Below the pieces are notes generated by a model. That model saw nothing but the letters and a program-made list of their open reading frames with translations. It searched no databases and was not told where the DNA came from. A program made the position numbers and the translations under genes. Source: a virus (Duplodnaviria > Caudoviricetes). From it: 63,330 bases of DNA. The stretch is from positions 1-63,330 of IMG/VR virus record IMGVR_UViG_3300043409_002192; one strand, 5' to 3'. The stretch's first letter is position 1; each line of letters starts with the position of its first letter. This document shows, one piece after another, positions 6,701-16,124 of this stretch.

Positions 6701-9700
6701 TGGTCGAAGGTTTCCTCGGTGGCGGTGGCGGCGCGGTAGGCATCCACGCCCATGATGACGGGATCGCCGAAAGCGGTGAAACCCCCACCCAAGCCAAGAT
6801 CAGGATTGCCCACCGTGCGGTTGCCGGAGGTTTCTGCTTCGGCTTGGCCGGTGAGGTCATTGAGGGCGGTGAGGTCCACGCCAGCAGCGCGGAGGGCGTC
6901 TTCGAAGGATTGGGATTGGAGAATGGAATTGCTGTCAGGATTGAAGCGTTGGGACAGCGGGATGACGTTGCCCTGCTCGTCGCGGGTGATCGGGTCGGCG
7001 GATTTGATTTGGGATGCGGATGCGTAGATCTGCCCGTTAAATCGGTCGAACCCGTTGCCCCAGTTGCTTAGTTCTTCTGCCCGAATGAGGGCTTCAAACT
7101 CGATGGGGACAACCCCGGCCATCAAGGCTACTTTTGCTGTTTTAGCTTTGTCCGTGTCGTCGCCGGCGGTTCTGTCAAAATTAGCGTAACTCAGAGCATT
7201 TGTGTCTCCAGCCCCGTCGCCTTGAATCCATTCGTCAAATTCTTGTGCTTGGTCTTCAGATAGCTCAAATGTTGGAATTTCGATCTCGGCGCGGCCGGCG
7301 CGACGGAGTATTTCGTTTGCCCTTCTCGCTGCAAAAATGCGATGTGACCCCGTTAACGCTCTGTCCCCCAATCGTAAGATCGGGCGGCCATTCCATTTTC
7401 CAGATTTGGCAAACTCCCGAGCCATGGCAGCAACGTGCTTTTCCCGACCGGGGTATATCTCGTTAACAGGTTCAAGATACTCAGGATCAATGGAATCGTT
7501 TGGTTGCAATAACTCCAGTCCCGCCGCCTGCGCCGCCGCGTCCACCATGCGCTGCGCCGTCTCCATGTCACCGGCTTCCACGGCGGCCATGTATTCGGCG
7601 TCATGCAGGCGGTCGGTTGTCGTGATGGAAAAGGAGTTGACGGCAGCGCCGGATTGTGTTGGATTCGCTTCGTCAGCAATGACACGACCGGCCGCCCCGT
7701 CAGGGGCCAAGGCAACTGTTTTTGCCTTGGTTCCACCGTCAGTCTTCGCAAGAGGGCTGACGGTTTTGCTTGTCCACGGCATCCCTTCCCAACCGTTTCC
7801 GTAGGCTTTTTCCGCAGCAATGGCGAACTTGGAAATCAGCCATTCTGACGCCTTTTTGACCTCTGCCAAGGTCGTAGGCTTTGATAGTCTGAAATCATCG
7901 TTATTAAAACCAAACTGCTTTTCGCGGAAGACAGACGGATCATGATTGGCAATCCGGTATTTTTTCACCTCGCCACCTGCAAATGCATCATCGTCTGCCC
8001 AGTCAGGTATGCCTACATCATTAAAATCAGCCGCCGGGCGGATCATAAAATATTGGCTTCCAGTAGTCGCGCCTTGGTATTGTATTTCAACGCCAATAGC
8101 TTTGGCCAGTTCTGATGCTTCCTGCGTGCTTTCATGAATGTAATCCAGCGGAAAGTCAGGATTGAAATCAACATCCGTTGGCTCCATGGATTTTAATCTA
8201 TCCAACGCTGATGCGTAATGATCATTGGCAGGCAAGGAATCCTCAAAGGATTGAGACTGTAAAGGCTGAGCTTCATACCATCGCTGGAACGCATCATAGG
8301 CACTGGCAGCCGTTTTTCCTTCGCCTCCAGATATTCCTCCTTCACTTAGAACAGTCCAACTTTGATTGCGCTTGTAAAGATTTGGAAGAAAAGTCGAATT
8401 TTCACCAGGAGCAATTAATTCCCAACCTTTTGGCAACTGGCGTTTTACTTCTTCTGGCGACATTTGATTTTGGACTTCTGAAAACACTGGCAATCCAGTT
8501 TCGTTTTGCAGATTTAAATATTCCACTGGCTCCACGCCTTCTTCCTTTTCAATCAGCACAAAGAACTCGCCATCAATGACCCGATGCCCGGCTACCCCGT
8601 ATTCCTGCCCGTCCAGATAAACAGAGGTTCCCACTGGAGCCCCGTTTCGAAGCCATGAAGGCGCGGGAACAGGATTGGCTTCCAAATCCTGCACAAGATC
8701 CGCCAGTTGCTTCTGCTTTTTCTCAAGGTCTGTCTGCCGGGCGAATGGTGTTTCCGCCACTTTTTGAAGGCTGAGGATACTGGATTCCCGCTCTTTCACC
8801 AATTGGCCAAGAGCAGTGATTTCCGCAGTGATACCGCGAAGGGTGTAGTCCAATGAACCCACGGCGACATTCCGCACCAGATGGTCTGTGGCCCCGCGGA
8901 GTTCGATCTTCCGGACTGGTTCCGTAGAGGCCAGAGAACGCTGGCGGAAAGCACGGATTTCAAAGCCCCGGTATTCTCCGATAGTGGTCCATTGAATCGC
9001 GGTGTTGAACGTCTCCTGAATGGGCAGCTGCTCCACGGCATCCGCCAATGTGTTTTCAGCGGTGTCCTTGTCGGTGATGGTCTTTCCATCCAGCACGATG
9101 GAAAACTTCTGTTCCCGTGCTTTGGCGAAAGTGTCAGCGTCAATGCTCAGTTCAGGAATGCGGCCGGAGTAATACCGGATGTCACGTTCTAGGGAAGGAA
9201 TACGGTTCTTGGCATTGGCGATGGCCTGCCAGTGGCTCCGCTGTTTATCAAGGAGCTTGTTCACGTCCTTGTTCAGCTTTTCGCGCATAAGGATGCGGGG
9301 ATCACCGGCAGCGGCAGAGAATGTTTCCTCAAAGCCTCCGCCCCCTTCCTCTTCCATGTCCACGCCATCGCCTTCAATCACGCGAAGGGAGCCGTCCGCT
9401 TTCATGAATTTCTTGATGAAGCGGTCCTTTGTCAGGAGAATCTGCCACCGCCGGCCATCGTGACTGCCTTCGGTGATGTAGCGGTATTCCAGCACGGTAT
9501 TCCACCGGTTCCCCTGACGCCATCCACGGCCGTTCCGTTGCTCAAGGTCGCCAGGCATCCATGGGGCATCCAAATGGTGCATGGCCCGCATTTCCATCTG
9601 GGCATTCACCCCGGTCCCCATGGTTTCCGTGCTGCCAATGGCGACACGGATCAAACCTTCCTGCATTTTCTCGGCGGCAATCTTCCGCTCATCAGCGGAA

Positions 9701-12700
9701 AGGTCAGAGAAAATAACAATCTCATCTTCGGAAAGGCCAGCTTCGATCAGCTTGTTTTTGAGGTCCTTGGCCACATTGAAGACAGGCACTTTCACCTTGC
9801 CCTTCTCCTTGTTGCCGCGCTCCACAAAGTCAGAGAAACCCGTCTGCATGAACACCATTTGCGTGCTCTTTGGGTGTTCTCCGTAGTGCCGCATGATGTT
9901 TTTGGCGGCCCGGTAAACCTTGCTATCAGGCGTATCCAGTGCGTTCGGTTCGATCAGACGGTAATCCATGGAGGACTTCACGCCTTCGCCTTCAATCATG
10001 ATCGGCATTTCGGGGGCACCGCTGCGCATGGCATCCCGTTTCTGCTTGCCATTCATGTTTTTCCAACGGCGGTAACGGGCGGATAACTGCTCCTTGTGCG
10101 CTTTCTGCACGGCACTCATGGGGCTGATTTCATTCACCACTTGTTTGAATGGGCGTCCGATGGCGTCTTCGGTGCGTTCGTCACGGTCACTGCGGGGCTC
10201 AAACTCCGGCATGTCATCAGCAAACACGATGTCGAGGTATTGCCCAATCATCCGGCGGAGTTCCGGCAGGTTCACGAAGGAGGAAAGGCGTTCCACCGGT
10301 TCCCACTCGCTGGCACTGTTGAGTTCTACTTCTGTGGTGCTGGAGGCGAAGGAATTGAACCAATCATCCCAGCCGGCAATGCCGTCCCGCTTCATCACGT
10401 CATCCATGATGTAGCGCATCATGTTAAACACCTCATTCAGGGTGTTGGTGATAGGAGTCCCGGTAAACAGGTGAATCCCATTGCCTCCGTTGTTCCGCTT
10501 CACGTAATCAGCCAGTAATCCCAGCATGATCCCGCGCTTGCTGCCGTTTTTGTTCAGGCCCTTGAGCTTCTGCTTGGTGCTGAGAGGCAGCTTTTTGAAG
10601 ATGTGCGCTTCATCGACAATCACCATGTCTACGCCCAAATCTTCGAAGAACACGGAATCCGGGTTCTCGGCCATCTGCCGGGCCTTTTCGATCATGGCTT
10701 TGACCTTCTCGCGCTCCTTCACCAATTCCTTGGCAGTGGGGCTGCGGAGTTTCTTCAGAGCGTCAGGATCATCCATATCCTCAATGGACAGGCTGGCGTT
10801 GTCATCTTCGGCAGCGGCAATGGCGGCCTGTTCCAGTTGTTCGATTTCCTCACGAACCAAGGCTTCCACGGATTCCGGACGGAGAGACAAACGGGAAATC
10901 AGACTGTGGGGAATCACTACGGCGTCCCACTCATCCAGTGCGATCTGGGCGAGAGTGGCGGCACGGGTGGCCGGGTTAAAGTTGTCCACGAACAACACCT
11001 TCCCGCCGGGATAGGCAGACTGGATTTCAGCGGCCACCTGTCGGGCATTGGCATTGTGGGCAAGGATGATTGGTTTACGCGCCCGGCCCAACCGGCGGCT
11101 TTCCATGACAAGGCCAGCCATGACAAGAGTTTTGCCAGTGCCGACCTCATGAGCATTCAGCGAGCGACCGGTGACCACACCACGCCAGACGGCATTCTGT
11201 TGGTGTTGCCGGAGATTGAACGGACCATTCCCCTTGGAAACAGCCAAGCCTTCAAATGCAAGGTGGCTGCCATCGTAATTTGGCAGAGCGATGGCATTGT
11301 AAACCTCGTTATAGTTTTTCTCCAAGCGTCCGGCGCGTTCCGGATCCTGCCAGAGCCATTTCGTGAACTCTTCCCGGATGGCTTCCACCTTGGCGTTTGC
11401 TTCCTTGGTCGCCTTTTCATTCACGGGCTGGCTACCGTCTTCCTGCCGGGGGTATTTGATCACCACGGTCGCGTTGTTCATGGCAGCGGATACCAACTTG
11501 CGGAAGGAGTAATCGGCCACGCCCCATGTGGTCGTGGCTTCCGGCTTGCGGGTCAGGCCATCGTCCATTTGCACTTTCCAGCCCTGCGGCATCTTGTCGA
11601 TCTTCACCCCTGAATCTGTATTCAGGAGAGACTGGACAAACTCCACATAATCCTTCGACGGTACCCAAGTAGCTCCGATCTTCGCTTCAATCTGGAAGTA
11701 AGGGATATCGGCAGGAATCACCGCAGCAAGGGCGTCAATGTTCCGGTCCATGTCCATCACGCCCTGTTCCTTGGCATCAAGGGCTTGACGGTATTTTTCC
11801 CGGACATTGCCGGCGAGGTAGATGTCCGTGGGTTCGTAGGTGCCCACCGGGGTCTTGTAAATCTGATTGGTGGCAAACAGTTCCTTCTCCACCTCATCCA
11901 CCGTGGTCTTGGCCTTTACTGCAATGGAGGGAAGATCCAGAACTAAGGAGGCATTGCGGGCGAGGACGTAGGCATCCGCGATGGAAGGATTCTTAATGCT
12001 CCGAACGCCCCGCAGCACGTCCTTGGTGAAAATGTCGGCTTTTATCACGGTGTCGCCATTCACCTTTTCCAAGGCCATCAGCATAGGCATAAACGGATCG
12101 CCTACCCGAGCCATGATAGAAATCCCTTCACTCCTCCGGATGGATTTGTGCGCTTTGGTGAACGCGTCGTATTGATCATTCAACTGCTTCCGCAGGCCGG
12201 TGGAATCGCGATTGTTGCGCTGGGCATCCAGCAAAGCCCCGACTGTCCGACGGATTTCCACCAGGTCTTTGATTTGAGCTTCCCGCTTGGCCGTTTTGGC
12301 GGCGTCCTTCACGGCATACTTCACCACATTGGAAAGCGGCTTCAGATGGTCACCATCGACCACGTAAAGGCCATCATCTGTTCTTACCACGCTGCCCTGT
12401 CGGTCATTGGAATTGTTGGTGACGTAGCTATCAGCTTGGCCAGCGGTCAGTGATGGAACGTAAGCGGCATCTTTCGGCAGCATTTCCGCCACCTTGGCCA
12501 AGCGCTCTGGCAGGTCGTCAGTGCGGTTCACAATCATCCCTGGCCGGTAGCTCGTGGTGCCGTGGCCGTGATTGAGCACTCCCAGAATGTTTTCCGGGTG
12601 GTCGGCGAAGTATTCATTGATTTCCACATCCGTCCCACTTGGGGTCCGGACGCTCTTGAGATTGAGGAATCCGCTTTCACGCGGGTCGCTTGGTTTCTCC

Positions 12701-14160
12701 AGCTTTTGGAAAACAAGAATGTCCGTCACAACACTGGTGCCGGCGTATTCCTTGAAGGCACCTGTGGGCAAACGGAAGGCGGCCACCAGTTTCCCACGCT
12801 TGGCCATTTCAATGCGGGAGCGGATGCCCTTCTTGTCCATGGTGCCATTGGAGGTAATGCCCACCACGAGGCCGCCGGGGCGGGTTTGATCCAGTGCCTT
12901 GATGAAAAAGTAATCGTGAAGCACTGCGCCGATGGCGTCATACCGCTTGTCCACGGGAATTCCATTGGAGAACGGCCAGTTCCCAATAACCATATCGTAG
13001 AAGTTATCACTGGTCTTGCTTTGCTCGTAGGGTTTAATCTGGATGTTCGCCTGCGGGAAGAGGATTTTAGCCATGCCTCCGCTGACTTCATCCATTTCAA
13101 TGCCGGTCAGGGTGGAATTGGCGGCAATGTCTGGCGGCATGAGACTGAAGAAGTTTCCAATACCCATGGACGGCTCCAGCACACGGCCCCCCGTGAAGCC
13201 AAGAGCCTTCACGATGTCATACACAGCCTTCACCGTGGGCGGGTCGGTGTAGTGGGCATTGATGATGCTGGTTTGCATCCCCTCCCATTCCTTCTGTCCC
13301 AAATGATCCCGCAGCCATTCGTCTTCTTTTTCCCATCCGGCTTTTGGCTTGGACTTGGACCACGATCCTTGGAAAAGCTCTTGGCCGAATGATCCCCACC
13401 CCATGTAACCGGCCAGAGTATCCAGTTCTTCCTGAGTAGGTTCCCGATTGGCGGTGCGGAGGTCCTGGTAAACCTCAATCGCTTTCTGATTCCGGGCAAA
13501 CTTGGACTTGGGTCCACCGCCAACAATGGCTTCCGGGTTGGTCAGCTGATAATTGGCACGACTTGGCGCTTTCTCTGCCGGGGCGCGAACATCAGGCGCT
13601 ACGCTAGGCTTGCGCTTTCTTCTGCGTCCTCCGGTGTCATCAGGTCGCCTAATACTTCGATCGACGCCTGAATCATTGGTTCCGGGTGATTCTGATCCCC
13701 CAGTTCCTGCCATCGATTCATCATTTTGGCTTCCATCACCCGGGCGTAATGCAGGGTTATCCCCGCTTCGTTCAGTTGCATCCACCGCCGGGGGCAATGC
13801 TCCTTCCAGAACTCCACCATCTCCTTCATCTTGGGTGAGACTCCCGGCCACTCCTGCGCTATCTTGAGTGATTCCGTCTTGATTTCCTGGGCGTAAGTCG
13901 GGTTCATTTGCGGTAATGTCGGCTAAGTTGGTAGGTTCGTCAATCTCTGGCTTGGGAGCCAAGGCAGCCCTGAGCGTTTTCACGTTCTTCATGGTCATCA
14001 CCATGACCTCTTTGACGGCTTGCAGTTCCGCTTCCTCCTGTGAGCGCAGATAGCCTGGACTGTCCATGATGGTCTGCACCCGTGCCTTAAGGCCGGTCCG
14101 GACGACTTTGGGGAGGCTGATGGTCTGAAGACAGCCGCGAAGGTTGGGGGAAGAGAGCAT
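3712..14160 (-). CDS. giant DarB-like / large polyvalent protein (N6-adenine MTase + SNF2 helicase + ParB-like + C-terminal polyvalent region)
   Basis: VLEPSMGIGNF and IGNWPF (MTase motifs I/IV), AHEVGTGKT, VDEAH, QRNGRGWRQGN (SF2), GSHRIFAA (ParB-like); 3482 aa. Confidence 0.9.
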   Translation of the reverse strand: MLSSPNLRGCLQTISLPKVVRTGLKARVQTIMDSPGYLRSQEEAELQAVKEVMVMTMKNVKTLRAALAPKPEIDEPTNLADITANEPDLRPGNQDGITQDSAGVAGSLTQDEGDGGVLEGALPPAVDATERSGDNPALRPGDGSQNDESMAGTGGSESPGTNDSGVDRSIRRPDDTGGRRRKRKPSVAPDVRAPAEKAPSRANYQLTNPEAIVGGGPKSKFARNQKAIEVYQDLRTANREPTQEELDTLAGYMGWGSFGQELFQGSWSKSKPKAGWEKEDEWLRDHLGQKEWEGMQTSIINAHYTDPPTVKAVYDIVKALGFTGGRVLEPSMGIGNFFSLMPPDIAANSTLTGIEMDEVSGGMAKILFPQANIQIKPYEQSKTSDNFYDMVIGNWPFSNGIPVDKRYDAIGAVLHDYFFIKALDQTRPGGLVVGITSNGTMDKKGIRSRIEMAKRGKLVAAFRLPTGAFKEYAGTSVVTDILVFQKLEKPSDPRESGFLNLKSVRTPSGTDVEINEYFADHPENILGVLNHGHGTTSYRPGMIVNRTDDLPERLAKVAEMLPKDAAYVPSLTAGQADSYVTNNSNDRQGSVVRTDDGLYVVDGDHLKPLSNVVKYAVKDAAKTAKREAQIKDLVEIRRTVGALLDAQRNNRDSTGLRKQLNDQYDAFTKAHKSIRRSEGISIMARVGDPFMPMLMALEKVNGDTVIKADIFTKDVLRGVRSIKNPSIADAYVLARNASLVLDLPSIAVKAKTTVDEVEKELFATNQIYKTPVGTYEPTDIYLAGNVREKYRQALDAKEQGVMDMDRNIDALAAVIPADIPYFQIEAKIGATWVPSKDYVEFVQSLLNTDSGVKIDKMPQGWKVQMDDGLTRKPEATTTWGVADYSFRKLVSAAMNNATVVIKYPRQEDGSQPVNEKATKEANAKVEAIREEFTKWLWQDPERAGRLEKNYNEVYNAIALPNYDGSHLAFEGLAVSKGNGPFNLRQHQQNAVWRGVVTGRSLNAHEVGTGKTLVMAGLVMESRRLGRARKPIILAHNANARQVAAEIQSAYPGGKVLFVDNFNPATRAATLAQIALDEWDAVVIPHSLISRLSLRPESVEALVREEIEQLEQAAIAAAEDDNASLSIEDMDDPDALKKLRSPTAKELVKEREKVKAMIEKARQMAENPDSVFFEDLGVDMVIVDEAHIFKKLPLSTKQKLKGLNKNGSKRGIMLGLLADYVKRNNGGNGIHLFTGTPITNTLNEVFNMMRYIMDDVMKRDGIAGWDDWFNSFASSTTEVELNSASEWEPVERLSSFVNLPELRRMIGQYLDIVFADDMPEFEPRSDRDERTEDAIGRPFKQVVNEISPMSAVQKAHKEQLSARYRRWKNMNGKQKRDAMRSGAPEMPIMIEGEGVKSSMDYRLIEPNALDTPDSKVYRAAKNIMRHYGEHPKSTQMVFMQTGFSDFVERGNKEKGKVKVPVFNVAKDLKNKLIEAGLSEDEIVIFSDLSADERKIAAEKMQEGLIRVAIGSTETMGTGVNAQMEMRAMHHLDAPWMPGDLEQRNGRGWRQGNRWNTVLEYRYITEGSHDGRRWQILLTKDRFIKKFMKADGSLRVIEGDGVDMEEEGGGGFEETFSAAAGDPRILMREKLNKDVNKLLDKQRSHWQAIANAKNRIPSLERDIRYYSGRIPELSIDADTFAKAREQKFSIVLDGKTITDKDTAENTLADAVEQLPIQETFNTAIQWTTIGEYRGFEIRAFRQRSLASTEPVRKIELRGATDHLVRNVAVGSLDYTLRGITAEITALGQLVKERESSILSLQKVAETPFARQTDLEKKQKQLADLVQDLEANPVPAPSWLRNGAPVGTSVYLDGQEYGVAGHRVIDGEFFVLIEKEEGVEPVEYLNLQNETGLPVFSEVQNQMSPEEVKRQLPKGWELIAPGENSTFLPNLYKRNQSWTVLSEGGISGGEGKTAASAYDAFQRWYEAQPLQSQSFEDSLPANDHYASALDRLKSMEPTDVDFNPDFPLDYIHESTQEASELAKAIGVEIQYQGATTGSQYFMIRPAADFNDVGIPDWADDDAFAGGEVKKYRIANHDPSVFREKQFGFNNDDFRLSKPTTLAEVKKASEWLISKFAIAAEKAYGNGWEGMPWTSKTVSPLAKTDGGTKAKTVALAPDGAAGRVIADEANPTQSGAAVNSFSITTTDRLHDAEYMAAVEAGDMETAQRMVDAAAQAAGLELLQPNDSIDPEYLEPVNEIYPGREKHVAAMAREFAKSGKWNGRPILRLGDRALTGSHRIFAARRANEILRRAGRAEIEIPTFELSEDQAQEFDEWIQGDGAGDTNALSYANFDRTAGDDTDKAKTAKVALMAGVVPIEFEALIRAEELSNWGNGFDRFNGQIYASASQIKSADPITRDEQGNVIPLSQRFNPDSNSILQSQSFEDALRAAGVDLTALNDLTGQAEAETSGNRTVGNPDLGLGGGFTAFGDPVIMGVDAYRAATATEETFDQWDAAARAMLADDYEGTVQRLMANGLQGGQLTPELTRAAQMIVERESRNPLTGPRQRRLQALVYAYRQAGTEQARGLASRRDPFKTPEARHREFLAKQIFTPPAKVRKKMEEAKTAAERQKILDEDAKRIRRIEMEFAKMGVTLDDLFSGGIQLSLRKAAIIGQTAATLGAKEAKAAILLQGGEKTFIDIGKEVGLTPQEVRAVKEKMMTKLAEQLRAMRVRAKAAAGLQSSPLGSQPADLVDVDFAAMAAMSDADAEAEIQKLIRQMGYFPDKQQGKRKTVKRKRLFQPPAAGTGMSLDEYAALPRLPRQDGTQPRIPGTTPPADNSIPPGPGKTWERNIPQQELGLGLNEPVEMEISVLNGADMANVEDMVRLARLAQTVEGHPLDMVQEYWINNLLSGPQTQVVNISGNAAASAWELTVQRGMEAVWNLAIRDKKGAQFGEFRYMAKAIFPGVARGYRLMSKAWRTETDWFDYDVMNNEPELFETGPKGEGRRVAIPDSLGRIGTPGAKSLPGAVIDLAKGKGWKGASVGSTVRIPGRALMAVDGFFKGAVAQLEAAAQAYRIAKAEGLSGEPMQKRMNALLYTPGSQAWQLAVEKARELTFQTELPESLKPLQQWKNSSRLLGFILPFIRTPYNIFRAGIRKSPLGMAHLLYQLGKSGLVKISGGRVGLTPATSPQMMQWLAEQTIAMAALALLKGAAEGDDDDEEKTFLITGSPPADFAERDLQERVAGGSYIIRIGDTKIPYGRIEPIATVLGSIIDALRIWKGGGDSAEKAGLVFGSLKDAALNKTFLSGLAAVFDSVKQPGKLADKGERFILNALVPNLIRQPVRNMDPLVRDSTTADWWYQLAPLGSGAEARVNTATGEDKQKSGNAISRLVIPATIESGKPTLSDIVLRKWNQANPGKPAWAPSSPERTQNLTIGGKPARVKLNAQAYKYLSVRSATLAKNALAGIPLKPTEDDVKRIKDAYEEGRRRAWGELKNRPVDQLGEVEK
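13599..13907 (-). CDS. possible overprinted small protein nested in another frame of the giant gene
   Basis: 102-aa ATG ORF with globular, helical composition lying over a low-complexity linker. Confidence 0.45.
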   Translation of the reverse strand: MNPTYAQEIKTESLKIAQEWPGVSPKMKEMVEFWKEHCPRRWMQLNEAGITLHYARVMEAKMMNRWQELGDQNHPEPMIQASIEVLGDLMTPEDAEESASLA

Positions 14161-14162
14161 GA

Positions 14163-14393
14163 CTAGAAAAGGTTGTGCATGAGGGCGATTTCCAGCACTT
14201 CGAGAAGTTCTTCGGGGTGATCTTGGGAATGCTGCCGCTGATGGTAGTCGGATTGGCTCCAGCCTCCTCCACCCAAGGACGCTGGCGGGGCGGGTGGTTC
14301 CGGGGTGACGGACGACAGGGCACCTACCAGGGCAAAGACTGGCATCTGCAGGGCCACCATGGCACCCCGGGGCATTTGTCCTAAATTGATCAT
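14163..14393 (-). CDS. hypothetical protein
   Basis: Tightly packed in the minus-strand operon with ATGA overlap. Confidence 0.6.
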   Translation of the reverse strand: MINLGQMPRGAMVALQMPVFALVGALSSVTPEPPAPPASLGGGGWSQSDYHQRQHSQDHPEELLEVLEIALMHNLF

Positions 14394-15229
14394 GGGTCGA
14401 GAATGACGGTGCTACGGTTTCCGCTGGTGTCCACGGTCATGGCAATCATGTCCTTGGTGTCTGAGAGATCCCGCAGCACAATAGCGGAGGTTCCCCCGCC
14501 GGTGGCTTTGCCTGCGAGAGCAGCGGCGACGATGCGCATCACATCGGCAGCGGTGTAGGATCCGTCAATGGCGGTGTCCCACGGGTTGCCGGATGATCCC
14601 GCATTGAGGACAGCCTCTCCCATGGTGCCGGGCTGGTTGAACTGGAGGGCGAGGGCATTCCAGATGGATTCCGCCACGTTGGCGCTGGTGAGGATGTCTC
14701 CGGTGACGTTGATGGCTGCTCCCAAGGTACCGAGAGCGCGGATGGTGCTGGTCAGTTGCCCGGTGCCGCCCAGTTCCGCGACGGCGTTGGCAAGTGCGGA
14801 CGCTGCTCCAGTGAGGTTTCCGCTGCCTGCCAGGGTGGCGGCGAGTTGCAGGAACCCTTCGGCGCTGGCGGTGATGTCCCCGCTGCCCGAGAGCGCGGCG
14901 ACCATGGAGATGATGAGGTCGGCCGTTCCGGTGATGTCCCCGCTGCCGGTCAGGGCAGAGTTGAGGTTACGCCCTTCCACTAGGGAAAACGGCACCAAAT
15001 CCCCCTCCCCGGCGAGTAGGTTTCGGGACGACATGCTGCCTGCTTTGCGCGGGAGGTTCCATGCTGTAGGCGGGTAAGTGCCCGCCGGGACTGCGGCAAG
15101 CTGCCCGTAGCTGGACGACTGATTGCGCCGGTCTCCTTTCATGTAGGCCGCCGGGGAACTGCCCTGCAATCCCGTGCGCCAATGGACGGGAAGCTGGTTC
15201 TGGAGAAAGCTGTTTTGAAGAAGGGCCAT
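14390..15229 (-). CDS. putative virion structural protein (G/A/S/T-rich repeats)
   Basis: Repeated LxGSGDLT units; C-terminal VDTSGNRS. Confidence 0.7.
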   Translation of the reverse strand: MALLQNSFLQNQLPVHWRTGLQGSSPAAYMKGDRRNQSSSYGQLAAVPAGTYPPTAWNLPRKAGSMSSRNLLAGEGDLVPFSLVEGRNLNSALTGSGDITGTADLIISMVAALSGSGDITASAEGFLQLAATLAGSGNLTGAASALANAVAELGGTGQLTSTIRALGTLGAAINVTGDILTSANVAESIWNALALQFNQPGTMGEAVLNAGSSGNPWDTAIDGSYTAADVMRIVAAALAGKATGGGTSAIVLRDLSDTKDMIAMTVDTSGNRSTVILDP

Positions 15230-15237
15230 GGCGTGTT

Positions 15238-16119
15238 TTATCCCCAGGCGAACTCGGTCGCGCCGTAGAAGTTGGAGGAAGCGCCTACTGCGGCCCCGGT
15301 GAAGAGGAGCCAGTGGAGGCAGGCACCGTCCTTGATGGTCGGGAGGGACGGGAACTGGTTCAGGAGATCCCGTTCAGCGGCGATGGAGACCGTGGTCAGC
15401 GGCAGAGTGGCCAAGGGGCGCACCAGACACAGCGCAGCCGTAGAGGCAGTTCCCGAGGCGATGGACAGGGTTACAGACGCTACGTTGCTGACTCCGGTGT
15501 CACCAGACGCCAGCGGGAGGAATGGACCGTAGTTGTTTGCCGCCGTGCCGGAGTGGACGATATGCGGGACGATGGCGGAAGCGGTGGCAGCTACGGTGAC
15601 GGGCAGGGAGCGGCCTGCTGTGGGGGTGGTGTTCGAGTAGCTGACGGCGATGTTGTGGGCGGTCGCCCCGGTGGTGGCACGGGCCACAAGGAACAGTCTG
15701 CACCCCTCGCCATTGGTGTAGCGCAGGGTAGGGGTCCCAGTCAGGGTATTGACCGTGGTATTCATGTTGATGCCCGGCCAGTAGCCCTGCATGTCACAAA
15801 GCATGAGCATGGCGGGGACTCCGGTGGCTACCCCGGTGAGGGCATACATGTTGAGGATGTGCTTCAGGTCGGACAAGACGTTGCCCCCGTGTCGGATACC
15901 AAAGATGTCTGTGCCGTTGCCGGTGGATTCATCACACGTTCTCCACGCCAGCGCGGTGCCGGGGAAGCTGTTGGCTACGGGAGTGCCTGCGAGGCTGCTG
16001 GTATCATACCAACGGCCTGCCGTGTAGGCGGCGGCTCCGGTAATCTTGTTCCAGTCGGCACGGTGGAATTTCCCCGAGGTGATGGAGGTAATGAGGGCGT
16101 CTTGCGAGTTGATGGCCAT
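15238..16119 (-). CDS. putative virion protein, paralog of 16125-16988
   Basis: Shares RxTxGxG, GPFLxLAxGDTGV and LVRPLA motifs with its neighbour. Confidence 0.75.
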   Translation of the reverse strand: MAINSQDALITSITSGKFHRADWNKITGAAAYTAGRWYDTSSLAGTPVANSFPGTALAWRTCDESTGNGTDIFGIRHGGNVLSDLKHILNMYALTGVATGVPAMLMLCDMQGYWPGINMNTTVNTLTGTPTLRYTNGEGCRLFLVARATTGATAHNIAVSYSNTTPTAGRSLPVTVAATASAIVPHIVHSGTAANNYGPFLPLASGDTGVSNVASVTLSIASGTASTAALCLVRPLATLPLTTVSIAAERDLLNQFPSLPTIKDGACLHWLLFTGAAVGASSNFYGATEFAWG

Positions 16120-16124
16120 GGCGT

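Noticed and set aside
5548-7071. 507-aa plus-strand ORF (and similar ones at 9232, 10603, 20382)
   Set aside because: Antisense shadows of high-GC giant genes with no motifs
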